The notes beneath the pieces were generated by a model. It was not told the origin of the DNA. It was given only the letters and a program-made list of their open reading frames with translations, and searched no databases. DNA of 64,000 nt, taken from positions 5,332,001 through 5,396,000 of the forward strand of contig NW_027266269.1 in NCBI RefSeq assembly GCF_022045235.1. Direction: 5' to 3'. This document shows, in pieces, positions 21,351 through 34,229 of the stretch. This DNA is from Haliotis cracherodii (taxonomy: Eukaryota). The position numbers and the translations under genes are program-made. The first letter of the stretch is position 1. The number at the start of each line of letters is the position of its first letter.

Positions 21351-23823
21351 TATATAACCCCACTGTCTATTATGTAGGATTGTAAAAGCGAGTATACCTG
21401 TGTGTTGTTTAACGCCGTACTAAAACCAGCGTAACCGACATGACGACTGATTGAGACTTGACCAGGTTAACCAGCAATTGACATTGGCATTGCATGAAAC
21501 CATTCACGCCTTCAGGGTATGATGGCACGCATAAAAGCTTTTGGTTGGTTGATTTTACGGCAAGCATGGGTTGCTGAAGACCTATTTTACCCCGGAATCG
21601 TGTGACCATCCAAAACGCCTCTCACACCTAGCAGAGGTTGTTTCGAAAACCCCACGGGGCTTAAATATTAAAATGGTCATACTAAATTATTGATTTATGT
21701 TTAAAATTCCTTCATAATGTTATTGTTATGAATACACATAACGTGTGTACTATCTGTTATGACTGTCCGTCCATGGAAGGAATAGACAGCATTGCGACTG
21801 TAAACCGTTTGTTTTGTTTCTTTGTTTGTTGTTTAACGCCGCACTCTGCACCCGGGCCCGTCAGTCGCCTCTTACGACAAGCATAGTCGCCTTTTACGGC
21901 AAGCATGGGTTGCTGGAGAGTGGAGACCTATTCTATCCCGGATCTTCACGGTACCACAGTTAACTGAATATGTGCGAAACATTCATTGTAGAAATTCTAT
22001 AAAACCGAAAACCACTCTCGTCTTGTTCGTTTTCTTTATTAAATTGTAAATAAAAGATAAGTTGAGTTGAATTGCTTACCAAATATACATTTCTTTCAAA
22101 AGGATATGTCAAAATAAAGAGGTGTAATATTGTTTCAACAGGAAAACAGGCAACAGGGTTGCTGTAACGCCTACATTAATAAGAGTGAGTGAGTATGGTT
22201 TTACGCCGCTTTTAGCAATATTCCAGCAATATCACGGCGGGGGGACACCAGAAATGGGCTTCACACACTGTACATTAATAAGAGTTTTGTTTGAAGTAGT
22301 TCCCGTTATTTATTGTTTAATGCCCCTCTCAGCAATATGACAGCTGCTTGTGAATAATCGAGTCTGGACCAGACAATCCAGTGATAGACAACATGAGCAT
22401 TGATATGTAGGACAGAAGTAGGCTGAATATAAAAAAAGCATTGGACTTTAAAACAGATACTAGTGAGTGAGTGAGTGAGTGAGTTTGGTTTTACGCCGCT
22501 TTTAGCAGTATTCCAGCAATATCACGGCGGGGGACACCAGAAATGGGCTTCACACATTGTACCCATGTCGGGATTCGAACCCGGATGTGCGGCGTGACGA
22601 GCGAACGTTTTAACCACTAGGCTACCCGACCGCCCCAAAACAGATACTAACATCTCATTTAGTAACATATGTTTTTTTATTGAACACTGCTGAAAGCAAT
22701 AATGTTTTGGTTATGCGTATATACTCTGATTACAGCCCAATTGGGGGAGACCCGTGAAGATTCCGGGGTAGAATAGGTCTTCAACAACCCATGCTTGCCG
22801 TGAAAGGTGACTATGCTTGTCGTAAAAGGCGACTAACGGGATCGGGTGGTCAGGCTCGCTGACTTGGTTGATGCATGTCATCGATCCCAATTGCGTGGAT
22901 TGATGCTCATGATATTAATCACTGGATTGTCTGGGCCAGACTCGATTATTTACAGACCGCCGTCATATAGCTGGAATATTGCTGAGTGCGGCGTTAAACA
23001 ACAAACAAATAAACAAAATAAGCAGACATCAACTAACTGTTCCCAGGAGGAAACCGAACTCTTTGGCCAGTTATAATTCAGCTTACGCGCAGAATTTCTC
23101 TGGAAGAAACTCCCGCTAGAAATCAAACTGGCACCATCCTTCGACCATTTCGAGAAACTGATTAAAACACCTTTTCCGAAAGTACTACGAGTGAGTGAGT
23201 GAGTGTGGTTTCACGCCGCTTTTACCAATATTCCAGCAATATCACGGCGGGGGACACCAGAAATGGGCTTCACACATTGTACCCATGTCGGGAATCGAAC
23301 CCAGGTTTCGGCGTGACGAGCGAACGCTTTAACCATTAGGCTACCCGACCGCCCCGAAAGTGCTACGAGGTTTTTGGCCAGTGAATGCTTCACGTCGTTT
23401 CTCCCATTATTATAATTACCATTTATCCCCCCACACTTTGCGTTCGTCTGTCTATCGTCGACCGCCTCCGTGGTCTGGTGGTAGAGCGTCCGCCCGGAGA
23501 GTTGAAGGTCCGGGGTTCGATCCCCGCCATACCAAAAGACGTTAAAAGATGGTACTTGTTGTTACCCTGTCTGGCGCTCGGCATAAAGGGGCTTAAACAA
23601 GGACTGGTCGGCTCGGAGTCAGTATACTGTGTCTGAGTGGGGTATTCATGTTAAACTGCGGCAAGGTATCTCAGTCTGCTAGCACTGTAAATCGGCATCA
23701 GTCCAGACTAGTACAAGCAGCAACACAAACACACACACGTACATGCACGTCGCTATATAAGTGCAATAATCCTGGACTCGACGTTAAACACAATTTCACA
23801 TCACCTCACCTCACCCATACAAG

Positions 23824-23859
<36 letters not shown>

Positions 23860-25367
23860 CCTCACCTGCACCTATATTCATGAGAAATCCCGGCCAGAAA
23901 CAGTTCCGACTGCATAATGGTGAGTGAGTGAGTGACTTAAAGTTTAACGTCACATCGACAATATTTCAGCCATATCGTGACGAAACAAAATTTGACATTT
24001 ACAATATATTTTAAACTGTATAAAATTCTGCCGACGAAGGGCAGTATAATAACTAGAATATCACAGATTTGCATAAAACTAGTTAGAGAGCATGTAAAAA
24101 TATACTATCATTTTGCAACACAATATAAAAACAGGCTATAGATCGCCAACAACTGAAGGTAGATCACCACGCTAGCATCCATGGGGACTTAACGTACTTT
24201 TGCTACCTGCATAGACCCCAGCAGGATTTACACCGTCCCTTCAGTGGTTGGCGATAATTGTCAATTTAACCGAATTAAAATAACATATATTCTGCGATTA
24301 AAAACGTGGTAGTAATAAACATACTGTGAATGACGTGGACTTACGTACCATCTCCGGGGGACAATCATTTTACATTACTTCAACCCTCTTCGAGGTACAG
24401 CCACTGACAATCTTAGTTATCCAATTTATTCTACCAATATTAAAAGATCATTTATTAACTACAAAATGAGCATGAATGTGTTTATGAATCACTATCAAAT
24501 TGTGATGATACCAGGTGTTCGCGAAAAGATGATCAAATTCCATCTCCTGTCGCTTGTCAATAATGTACATATAATAAATGATGTAATTTACATCCCTGTA
24601 CATAGTCATCGTCATCATCATCATCATCATCATGTTCATCATCATCGGAGTAAGGGTGGTCAGGTAGCCTAGTGGTTAAAGCGTTCGCTCGTCACGCCGA
24701 AGACCCGGGTTCGATTCCCGACATTGGTACAATTTGTTAAGCCCATTTCTGGTGTCCCCCGCCGTGATATTGCTGGAATATTGCTAAAAGCGGCGTAAAA
24801 CCAAACTCACTCACTCACTCATCGGAGTAAAAAAATCAGATTTTTAAAAATTGAATGAAATTTCACAGTTCTGCAACTACAGACTTTAAACTTTATTCAG
24901 AATAAGCAAAACAGATAAGAGTGGGAAGTTTTACCGGTATATCGGTAAATTGAGGTTCATTCTTTGCATGATACGTATCACAATATCAGATGATTTCAAA
25001 TAGCGATTTTTTATCATGTGTTTAATGGTATTAACTTGCCAAATACATGTATCTGCATTATGTTTCCGTAATTCCAAAATGCAAGTTCACATTCTGGAGT
25101 TTTTCTGTGGCATGATGTAGCACCAAGTCATCATTATCCCGGAGCGTTCATCCTTGCGTAATTATTGAATGTCCCAGCATCTTGTTTTGTTCCATTTATA
25201 AACTTCTATTCCTGATTGATGTTGCAAATTGCTTCCGAATTCACAATTTTGAATCATACAAAACATTGTGATACGTATCGCAATACGTCCTTGTGCATTG
25301 TAAAATATTGTGATACACTTGAAACATCCAAAACCCATCCCTAATGCAAATATAACAAAATCGATCA

Positions 25368-25985
25368 TTACTGCAATATTTCAATATCAAAATCCGGAAT
25401 GGTTTCACGTAAGGAACTGAACTTGTCAGACCTACAACACATTTGAAAGTAGTCAATCATTTCCGTCATCAGCTTAAACTTGGTTTTATTCCCAAGATTC
25501 ACAAAGTCCTTCTCCAGATGCAAGGAATACCGCGCATTATTTTGTGTTCTAAATCTGAATGATTTCACAATTTGTATAGCAGCATTCAGGAGTGTAGGCA
25601 TGCTGTGCTTATCTGCCAGATATAAAGCGTGAAGAACCTCTCTTTGTAAAGCAGATTTGTCCCTACAGCTTGTTAACAGAAACTCCTCACACTTCCGCTT
25701 CAAGACAGTAATCTGGTACTCGTCAGCCAGTTCCAGCAGTCTGTCCACCGTTACCTTGGTGACAGGCCTGAGTTCTGATGGGTAAATACAGAGAAGCAAG
25801 TCCACAATGTCACCATATGTTTTTCCCGGCAGAGGGACTTCACTTTCCTGCTTTTCTTTAAAATCTCCATCCTGTGAAAAACATCCGATGCTGCTGAAAG
25901 TGCCCCTTTGATGACGTGAAGACGTCTCCCTTCTACAACCAGAGCGACATCAGTCTTGTCAGAGGGTTCGTCAAACACAGATGAC
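25368..25985 (-). pseudogene. BTB type A copy A2, exon 2, frameshifted
   Basis: 7-bp deletion at ~25870 (ccattaaacatcc to ccatcc) splits the ORF. Confidence 0.88.
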
Positions 25986-26351
25986 CTGCCAGCATAGAAG
26001 ATCAAGTCAATGGGTCACTTTACATCAGACAAAACAAGATCGTTACAATACATACCCGTCATTACACTTGTTTTTCATTTCTTGACATCGTCATAACAAC
26101 GTTAGTTGCATCATTACATTTCTGTAGGTCAGATACCATAGAAAGTTCCCTCGTTTCGTAAAAATGATATGGTATCTAACGAGAATGTGTGCTGAATTCA
26201 CTAGTTATCTTTCAAAGTTCGTGTAATGGCTACCTTTTTGGAAAAATTATATGTTAAGGAAGGTTTTTGTTTGTTTGTTTGTTTGTTGTTTAACGCCCCA
26301 CTCAGCAATTTTCCATCTATATGACGGCGGTCTGTAAAATAATCGAGTCAG

Positions 26352-26460
26352 GGCCCCGTTCCACAATCCCCGACCTCAGCTCTAAGTTGATTGTAAGTTC
26401 CATACTTTAACATAAGCTTATGACAGTCGTAACGCTAAGATCACTTTGTGGAACGGGCCC
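26352..26460. mobile_element. Harbinger-type MITE (GGCCCCGTTCCACAA TIR, CWG TSD) nested in a family 2 SINE
   Basis: TIRs; same insertion as 41489-41595. Confidence 0.8.
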
Positions 26461-27400
26461 CTGGACCAGAATCGAGTGATTGACATCATGAGCATCGATC
26501 GACGCAAATGGTGAGGTGAGGTGAGGTGAGGTGAGGTGAGGTGAGGTGAGGTGAGGTGAAATTGGGTTTAACGTCGATTCCAAGATTATTGCACTTATAT
26601 AGCGACGTGCATGTACGTGTGTGTGTTTGTGTGGCTGCTGGTACTAGTCCGGACTGATGCCGATTTATAGCGCTGGCTCACTGAGATACCATGCCGCAGT
26701 TTAACATGAATACCCCACTCAGACACAGTATACTGACTCCGAGCAGACCAGTCCTTGTTTTAGCCCCTTTATGCCGAGCGCCAGACAGGGTAACAACAAG
26801 TATCATCTTTTAACGTCTTTTGATATGACGCGGTCGGGGATCAAACCCCGGACCTTCCGCACCCTGGGCGGATGCTCTACCACTAGACCACGGAGGCGGT
26901 CCCACGCAAATGGGGTACGATGACATGCATCAACCAAGTCAGCAAGCCTGACCACCCGATCCCGTAAGTTGCCTCCTACGACAAACATAGTCGCCATTTA
27001 CAGCAAGCATGGGTTGCTGAAGACCTATTCTACCCCGGATCTTCACGGGTCTTAAGGAAGGTAAGTCCGAGTAATCTAATGAAACATATCGCATCACAGA
27101 CCCACTAAGGTAAGGTATTATATTTGATGTCATCTCGTATTTCCTACAGTGCAAAGTGGGGCGGTCGGGTAGCCCAGTGGTTAAAGCATTGGTTCATCAC
27201 ACCAAACACCCGGGTTCGATTCCCGACATGGGTACAATGTGTGAAGCCCATTTCTGGTGTCCCCCGCCGTGATATTGGGTATCTTCATGATCCTCCCCAA
27301 ATATGTATATAAAGCTTCATGACCCCTAATAATAAATGGATCATCTGAAATTGTCAGAAAAATGTCAGTTAAACTTTATCCTAACAACATAATTATGTAC

Positions 27401-27435
27401 CTTTCATTTGCTACGGAGGAAGTATCGCTGGCCAT
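27401..27435 (-). CDS. BTB A2 exon 1, type A-prime (MASDTSSVANE-R)
   Basis: ACAATGG, 35 nt, AG|GTAC, phase 2; homolog at 42605-42639. Confidence 0.65.
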
Positions 27436-27639
27436 TGTCGACTGTTACTTGTTTAACGAAGAACGTACACCAGGAAATGGCTGTGGCCCAGGTCTGTCCT
27501 GTTTGTATTTTCGTTTTCAATGAAAAATGACCCACTGCAAGCTCCTCACAGCGATAGCCCGTTTGCGGAGCTCTCTATGTTACCGGGAGTGCAACGAAGG
27601 TGTCACGCGCTAGATAGGAGCTTGGACTCACTGGCGGTA

Positions 27640-27800
27640 AGGGAGCTAACTCACAAGCCTATTTCAGTGGATCACACTCCGGCGCTGTGGTGACTTAGCA
27701 TAACACCACTGGAACAGGCTAATTTGCATATCACGTGACCGGACTTATCTCTTGTTTGTAAACAAACGCGCCCTATTCAGAAATCAGACTAGAACGGACC
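27640..27800. repeat. Interspersed repeat also present inverted at 1-95, carrying adjacent E-box (CACGTG) and octamer (ATGCAAAT)
   Basis: Reverse complement of 27670-27760 aligns to 1-90. Confidence 0.7.
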
Positions 27801-28439
27801 AATGCAAGTAATCGCTAGCTCTCTGTAGGGCTTCGACGACAGCACGTGGAGCCGTACAACCAATGTAAACAAAGGATAACTACGCAAATGGAAAAAGATT
27901 TTCGCGATTTAGGACATTTTCTCAATGAAAGTTAACCATTCTACGACATATGTTTATCTAGATATGTAGACTTGTCAAAAATTAAACAGATATATATGCA
28001 ATATCTTGAATGGCTGTGTAAGATGTGACGAATCGTCACATGGCGCTGGCCTGTGGCAGAGGTACTATGCTGGTCGCACGGAACTCTGGGTAGGAGAATG
28101 AACTTGGATACGACCAGAACTGTGAAAGCAGTCCACAATTTCATAAAACCCCATTTACTGCGGTAATGCTTTCGGTTAACTCTAACATGTTTGGCGATAT
28201 AAATGAGGAATATGATTTAGTTTATATTATTGTTGTGAACCATAATAAATATGAGCCTTTTTATATTACCAGGGACGGTCGGTTAGCCTAGTGGATAAAG
28301 CGTTCGCTCGTCACGCCGAAGACCCGGGTTCGACTCCCGACATGGGTACAATGTGTGAATCCCATTTCTGGTGTCCCCCGCCGTGATATTGCTGGAATAT
28401 TGCTTAAAGCGGCGCAAAACCAAACTCACTCACTCGCTC

Positions 28440-30588
28440 ATCGGAGTAAAAAAAGCAGATTTTTAAAAATTGAATGAAATTTCACAGTTCTGCAACTACA
28501 GACTTTAAATTTTATTCAGAATAAGCAAAACAGTGGGCAGTTTTACCGGTATATCGGTAAATTGAGGTTCATTCTTTGCATGATACGTATCACATTATCA
28601 GATGATTTCAAATAGCGATTTTTATCATGTGTTTAATGGTATTAACTTGCCAAATACATGTATCTGCATTATGTTTCCGTAATTCCAAAATGCAAGTTCA
28701 CATTCTGATCACTTTACATCAGACAAAACAAGATCGTTACAATACATACCTGTCTTTACACTTGTGTTTCATTTCTTGACATTGTCATAACAACGTAAGT
28801 TACGTCATTACATTTCGCTTTGTCAGATACCATAGAAAGTCCACTCGTTTCGTAAAAATGGTATCTAATGAGAGTGTGTGCTGAATTCACTATTTATCTT
28901 TCAAAGTTAGGGGGGCACGGTTGGCCCAGTCGTCTAAGGCGCCGCCATTCGCTGTGCAGAGTTGCGTCCCCTTGACACGCCAGAAACCTATGATTGTGGG
29001 TTCGAATCCCGGTTCACCCCGATTATGTTTCTAGGTTTGTCAGCACCATACCCGTGCTCGTGGGTTTCACCGAAGTGGTAGACGTCTGAGACCTGCATCA
29101 CTTCGGGCTTTCCTCCCACATTAAGCTGACACGCCGTGATATAACTGGAATAATGTTAAAAGCGGCGTTAAACCCAACTCACTCACTCACTTTCAAAGTT
29201 AGTGTAATGGCTACCATTTTGGACACATTATAAGTTCAGGAAATTTTTTGTTTGTTTGTTTGTTCGTTTATTGTTCAACTCCGCGATCGGCAATGTTCCA
29301 GCTATATGACGGCGGTCTGTAAATAATCCAATCTGGACCAGTCAATCCAGTGATTGACATCATGAGCACTGATCCACGCAATATAGGGTATGATGACATG
29401 CATCAACCATGTCAGCGAGCCTAACCACCCGATCCCGTCTGTTGCCAAACATAGTCGCCATTTACAGCAAGCATGGGTTGCTGAAGACCTTCTCATCCCG
29501 AATCTTCACGGGTCTTAAGGAAGGTAAGTCCGAGTAATCTACTGAAACACAGCTCATCACAGAACCACTATGGTAAGGGGTATTTTATTTGATGTCATCT
29601 CGTATTTCCTACAGTGCAAAGTGGGGCGGTCGGGAAGCCTAGTGGTTAAAGCATTGGCTCATCACGCCGAAGATCCGGGTTCGATTCCCGAAATGGGTAC
29701 AATATGTGAAGCCCATTTCTGGTGTCCCCCACCGTGATATTGCTGGAATATTGCTAAAAGCGGCGTAAAATCAAACTCACTCACTACAGTACAAAGTAGG
29801 GAGAAGATATATGGATGAACAACTTCTTTATTGCAATCAGGAACGACGTTTCGGTGTAGGTTCTAACACTGTCATCAAACTAGTACAGAGTATGGCTGAC
29901 AAGTATTTATACAGGTAGGAGGTGGTGTTTATACAGTAGAGTAGATTTAAGATGTAGTTAACATGGTTACACTGGAGCGGATTATATTTGTCTTCTTCTT
30001 TAGATTTGAGTATTGATCATGACTACATTTATTTTTTTATATTATGTTATGACGTGTAAACATGAATTATGATCTGTATGATCTGTGACTAAACACACTT
30101 ATGATAATGTAAATATGATTAAGGTACTACTTACATTGTGTATTTAAAGAAATCGTCATATAAAAATCAAAATCCATTATATGAAATACTTGTATTATCA
30201 TTTGCTTTGTAATGCCAAGAAATGTCCTTTACATTGGATTGTCGCTGGTCGTAGTCAGGGAAATCTTGGGTAAGGGAAGTAAATCTAGCCCCGGATAATA
30301 TGTAATATTGTTTACGTGGTTACCAGGATGGCCAGTTGCGAATGTCTGCGGTACCGGGAGGTTAACAGAGGGGTGTCAGCCTGTCGGGGTATATCATTAC
30401 CATGCCAGTGACGCTCAGTGGTTTATTTTATGTCAGTCTTGTAAAACATGCGGGAATTGCAAGCAAAAACCAGCACACACATTACATTCTACGCAGATAT
30501 TGATTCGAGTTTCCGAATTTACAATTTCCAGTTTCAAATATACTGATTGTTACCTTATTTCATCCTTGGCATGTTTAGGAGTAGCCAT
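28440..30588 (-). pseudogene. BTB type A relic: 3'UTR and intron fused at ~28708 with the whole coding exon 2 deleted; exon 1 intact at 30554-30588
   Basis: Junction gttcacattctg|a|tcactttacatcagac joins sequences that are ~915 bp apart in A1. Confidence 0.88.
29826..29915 (-). ncRNA. Penelope-like pLTR fragment: TATA box, degenerate type I hammerhead-like motif, AATAAA (also 55236-55321, 63324-63410)
   Basis: Minus strand TATAAATAC...TTGATGA-CAGTGTTAG AAC CTACAC-CGAAACGTCGTTC...AATAAA; core has U instead of C3. Confidence 0.55.
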
Positions 30589-31555
30589 TGTCACCAGGTA
30601 GTTACTGCACCGTGATTGTATGATGATAATAATTGTCAGGTGACGAGGCCACAGCGAACACGGTAACTCGATGAGCAAAACCCTTGTTTCACTTTCGATT
30701 TGACACTTCTGAGAAGTAGACCTAAGGGAGGTAACTCGCTTCGTTTTAAATTGAGATTGAAATATCAATACTTAAGCTGTAATGGGTCGGATGGTTAGGG
30801 TCGTGTGGGTTCGAACCTGACGTCGTTAAAACGTGTCCTGATTTGTTTTGGCGTGTGACAGAATTTACTTGACAATTATGTGTCTCCTGATTCATTTGGA
30901 CTTTAGGTATACTGATTTATTTATTTGGTATTTGTGAGTGAGACAGAATTTACCTGGTACTTCCTCGTGTCCTGATGTATTTGGTATTTGGGTTGGTTTG
31001 TTGGCTGGTTTGTTGTTTAACGCCGCACTCAGCAATATTCCAGCTATATGACGGCGGTCTGTAATCCAGTGATTGACATCATGAGCATCCATCCACGTAC
31101 TTTGGATTGATGCCATGCATCAACCAAGTTCGCGAGCCTGACCACCCGACCCCGTTAGTCGCCTCTTACGACAAGCGTAGTCGCCTTTTACGGCAAGTAT
31201 GGGTTGCTGAAGACCTATTCTACCCCGAATTTTCGAGGGCCTGGTATTTGGGAGTGAGACAGAATTTACCTGGCACTTCCACGTATCCTGATTTATTTGG
31301 TATTTGGGAGTGAGACAGAATTTACCAAGCACTTCCAATTTTACTGATTTATTTGGTATTTGGGAGTGAGACAGAATTTATCAAGCACTTCCACATGTCC
31401 TGATTTATTTGGTATTTGGGTTTGTTTGTTGGTTCGCTTGTTGTTTAACGCCGCACTCAGCAATATTCCAGCTATATCACGGCGGTCTGTTAACAATCAA
31501 GCCTGGACCAGACAATCCAGTGATTAATGTCATGAGCATCGATCAACGCACTTGC

Positions 31556-32415
31556 CACAGTGCCAGTTGACCTCTCCCAATGCGAGCTGACCAGTGCTTG
31601 ATGACACACTAACCAGCTCTCACAGTGCCAGTTGACCTCTCCCAGTGCGAGCTGACCAGTGCTTGATGACACACTAACCAGCTCTCACAGTGCCAGTTGA
31701 CCTCTCCCAATGCGAGCTGACCAGTGCTTGATGACACACAAACCATCTCTCACAGTGCCAGTTGACCTCTCCCAATGCGAGCTGACCAGTGCTTGATGAC
31801 ACACTAACCTGCTCTCACAGCGCCAGTTGACCTCTCCCAGTGCTTGATGACACACTAACCAGCTCTCACAGTGCCAGTTGACCTCTCCCAAGGTGTGTTG
31901 ACCAGTGCTTGATGACACACTTACCTGCTTTCACAGTGCCAGCTGATCTCTCCCGGTGTGAGCTGACCAGTTCTTGATGACACACTAACCTACTGTCACA
32001 GTGCCAGTTGACCTCTCCCAATGTGTGTTGACCAGTGCTTGATGACGCACCAACCTGCTCTCACAGTGCCAGTTGACCTCTCTCAGTGTGAGCTGACCAG
32101 TGCTTCATGACACACTAACCATCTCTCACAGTGGGGGTTGACCTCTCCCAATGCGAGCTGACCAGTGCTTGATGACACACTAACCATCTCTCACGGTGCC
32201 AGTTGACCTCTCCCAGTGCGAGCTGACCAGTGGTTGATGACACACTAACCAGCTGTCACTGTGCCAGTTGACCTCTCCCAATGCGAGCTGACCAGTGGTT
32301 GATGACACACACAAATCTGCTCTCACCCCAGTGCCAGTTGACCTCTCCAAATGCGAACTGACCAGTGCTTGATGACACACACTTATCGGCCCTAGCCACA
32401 GTACCAGTTGACATA
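31556..32415. repeat. 65-bp minisatellite, about 13 copies
   Basis: Period 65 (31556, 31621, 31686...). Confidence 0.95.
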
Positions 32416-33061
32416 GTAACCTCATCACAGAACAACTAACTGGCACTGAACGGAACCTCTTTCAAAAACGACTGAAGTCTCTGAAAGTTCTTCAGCACTC
32501 ATCTGTTATTCATGAAGAGGACGTAAAACTATTATCAAACACGTTTTCAAATAAAGGGAGTATTTATTTTAGCAAAAGATCGCATACAAATCGTCTAAAC
32601 AGTGTGAGGACATATCAGAAATGTTCAGAATTCTAAATCTACGCAGCTGTTGTAATCTTACGTCGTCTATAAATACACACACTTTGTCAATAACGGCAAC
32701 ACAACACAGGTATGTTGATGGAAAACAAAAAAGTCACATGTCATTTGGGTATAACAAATCCCTGGAAAAAAGTCCATATAAGATGTACCTATTGTCACTC
32801 AAGATCAGATAGCAGGGGACCTATTCTCACTTCGGTTCATCTGACAGGAAACAGTGGCACTGTGAATCCTCATAAATCACAATCATATTATTTTTTATCT
32901 TCTCACACTTATCAGAGAAAAAAGGATGGGCGTTGGAATAGCCGCGTTGCTCGTTACACTGAAGTCCGAGGATGTATTGCCCACATGCCTACAGTGCAGG
33001 CCATTTCTGGTCCCCCGCCATGGGTCCGCTGAAAATCAACTCAATATCTCCTTTTCCTTTT

Positions 33062-33629
33062 TTACCTTGTTTCAAGGCAATCTACTCGCTTACGAAGTAG
33101 CTTAGCAAGGCTTCTCGATGAAAGTTTCGTATAGTCTTCATGGTTCGCTATTGAGAAGCCATATCTAATCTGATTTATTGAAACGTTAGATAACGTGTCT
33201 GTTGCTATCTCTAACAAAGTTTCCAATTCATACTTATCGGCCAGGTATAAGAAGTGCACTATGTCGTTACAGTTTTTTACAACACGAAACTTATCAGTTT
33301 TACATAATGGCAATAGAAACTCCTCACACCTCCTCTTCAGGCCAACAATCTGGTACTCGTCAGCGAGTTCTAGCAGTTTGTCGACCGTTTCCATGGTGAT
33401 AGGCCTGAGTTCCGATGGGTAAATACACAGCAGCATGTCCACAATGTCATCGCGAGATTTGCCTGGAAGTGGAATTTCAGCCTGCTGCTGTTCTTTGAAG
33501 TAGCCATTAAGCAAGCAGTCAAAGACATCTGACGCAGTTGACAGAATCGCTTTATTGACGTAGAGACGTCTTCCCTCCACCACAATCGCAACATCAGATT
33601 TAGCTGTGGGTTTATCAAAGACTGATGGC
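33062..33629 (-). CDS. BTB type B copy B2, exon 2 (198 aa with exon 1)
   Basis: Intact paralog of B1, same acceptor. Confidence 0.9.
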
Positions 33630-33876
33630 CTGCAACGAATACGAAATTATCAGATGACGTCATGACTGTCACCCATTAATAATCGATAATGGACCAGACA
33701 ATCCAGTGATTAAGATCATAAGCATCGATCCACGCATCCCGTTAATCGCCTCTTACGACAAGCATTGGCTGCTAAGGACATATTCTATCCAGGATCTTCA
33801 CGGGTCTCACGCGGACGTATACACTGGAGTATGGGCTGTGGGTCCCTGTTCCCCATACCCCGTCTCAGGTACTCAC

Positions 33877-33905
33877 CTTCTCTTCAGGAATACACGGTTG
33901 GCCAT
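33877..33905 (-). CDS. BTB B2 exon 1 (MANRVFLKR-R)
   Basis: 29 nt, AG|GTGAGT. Confidence 0.8.
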
Positions 33906-34229
33906 TTTCAGCTTGCAGTAGAATTGGCTATCACACTGACAAAAAACGAGATCTTGATCGGAAAGCACACCCGCTTGTGTTTTTAGTTTCGATTTCAACA
34001 ATAGACAAACAGTAAAGGGCGGTAACTCGCATGCCAGGTTCTCACGTTTCCATCAAACAACTAGTTTATTTATAGCATGTATTACTGGTTACACATGAAC
34101 GCATAAAACGACTGTTGGTGTGAGAATGTGGCCACTTCGCGCTTAAGTCAAATGTTTGTTGGTTTGTTGCCATAGGAGGTATTCCTCGTCTGTCCGCGCC
34201 GACACTAAGCGCGAAATCGTAGCGATGTA

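Noticed and set aside
22750-22845. Calling the family 2 5' motif an HDV-like ribozyme
   Set aside because: It has a CUAA before the closing stem, but I could not find a P1 5' strand or P1.1/P3 arrangement; left unclassified
22846-23076. Recurrent short ORFs such as MVRLADLVDACH... and VQCVKPISGVPRRD...
   Set aside because: Translations of SINE consensus sequence; frames and stops differ among copies
24448-24672. Poly-His / poly-Met / poly-Ile ORFs (also 38652, 43633, 49721)
   Set aside because: Caused by a (CAT)n microsatellite; frame not conserved among paralogous blocks
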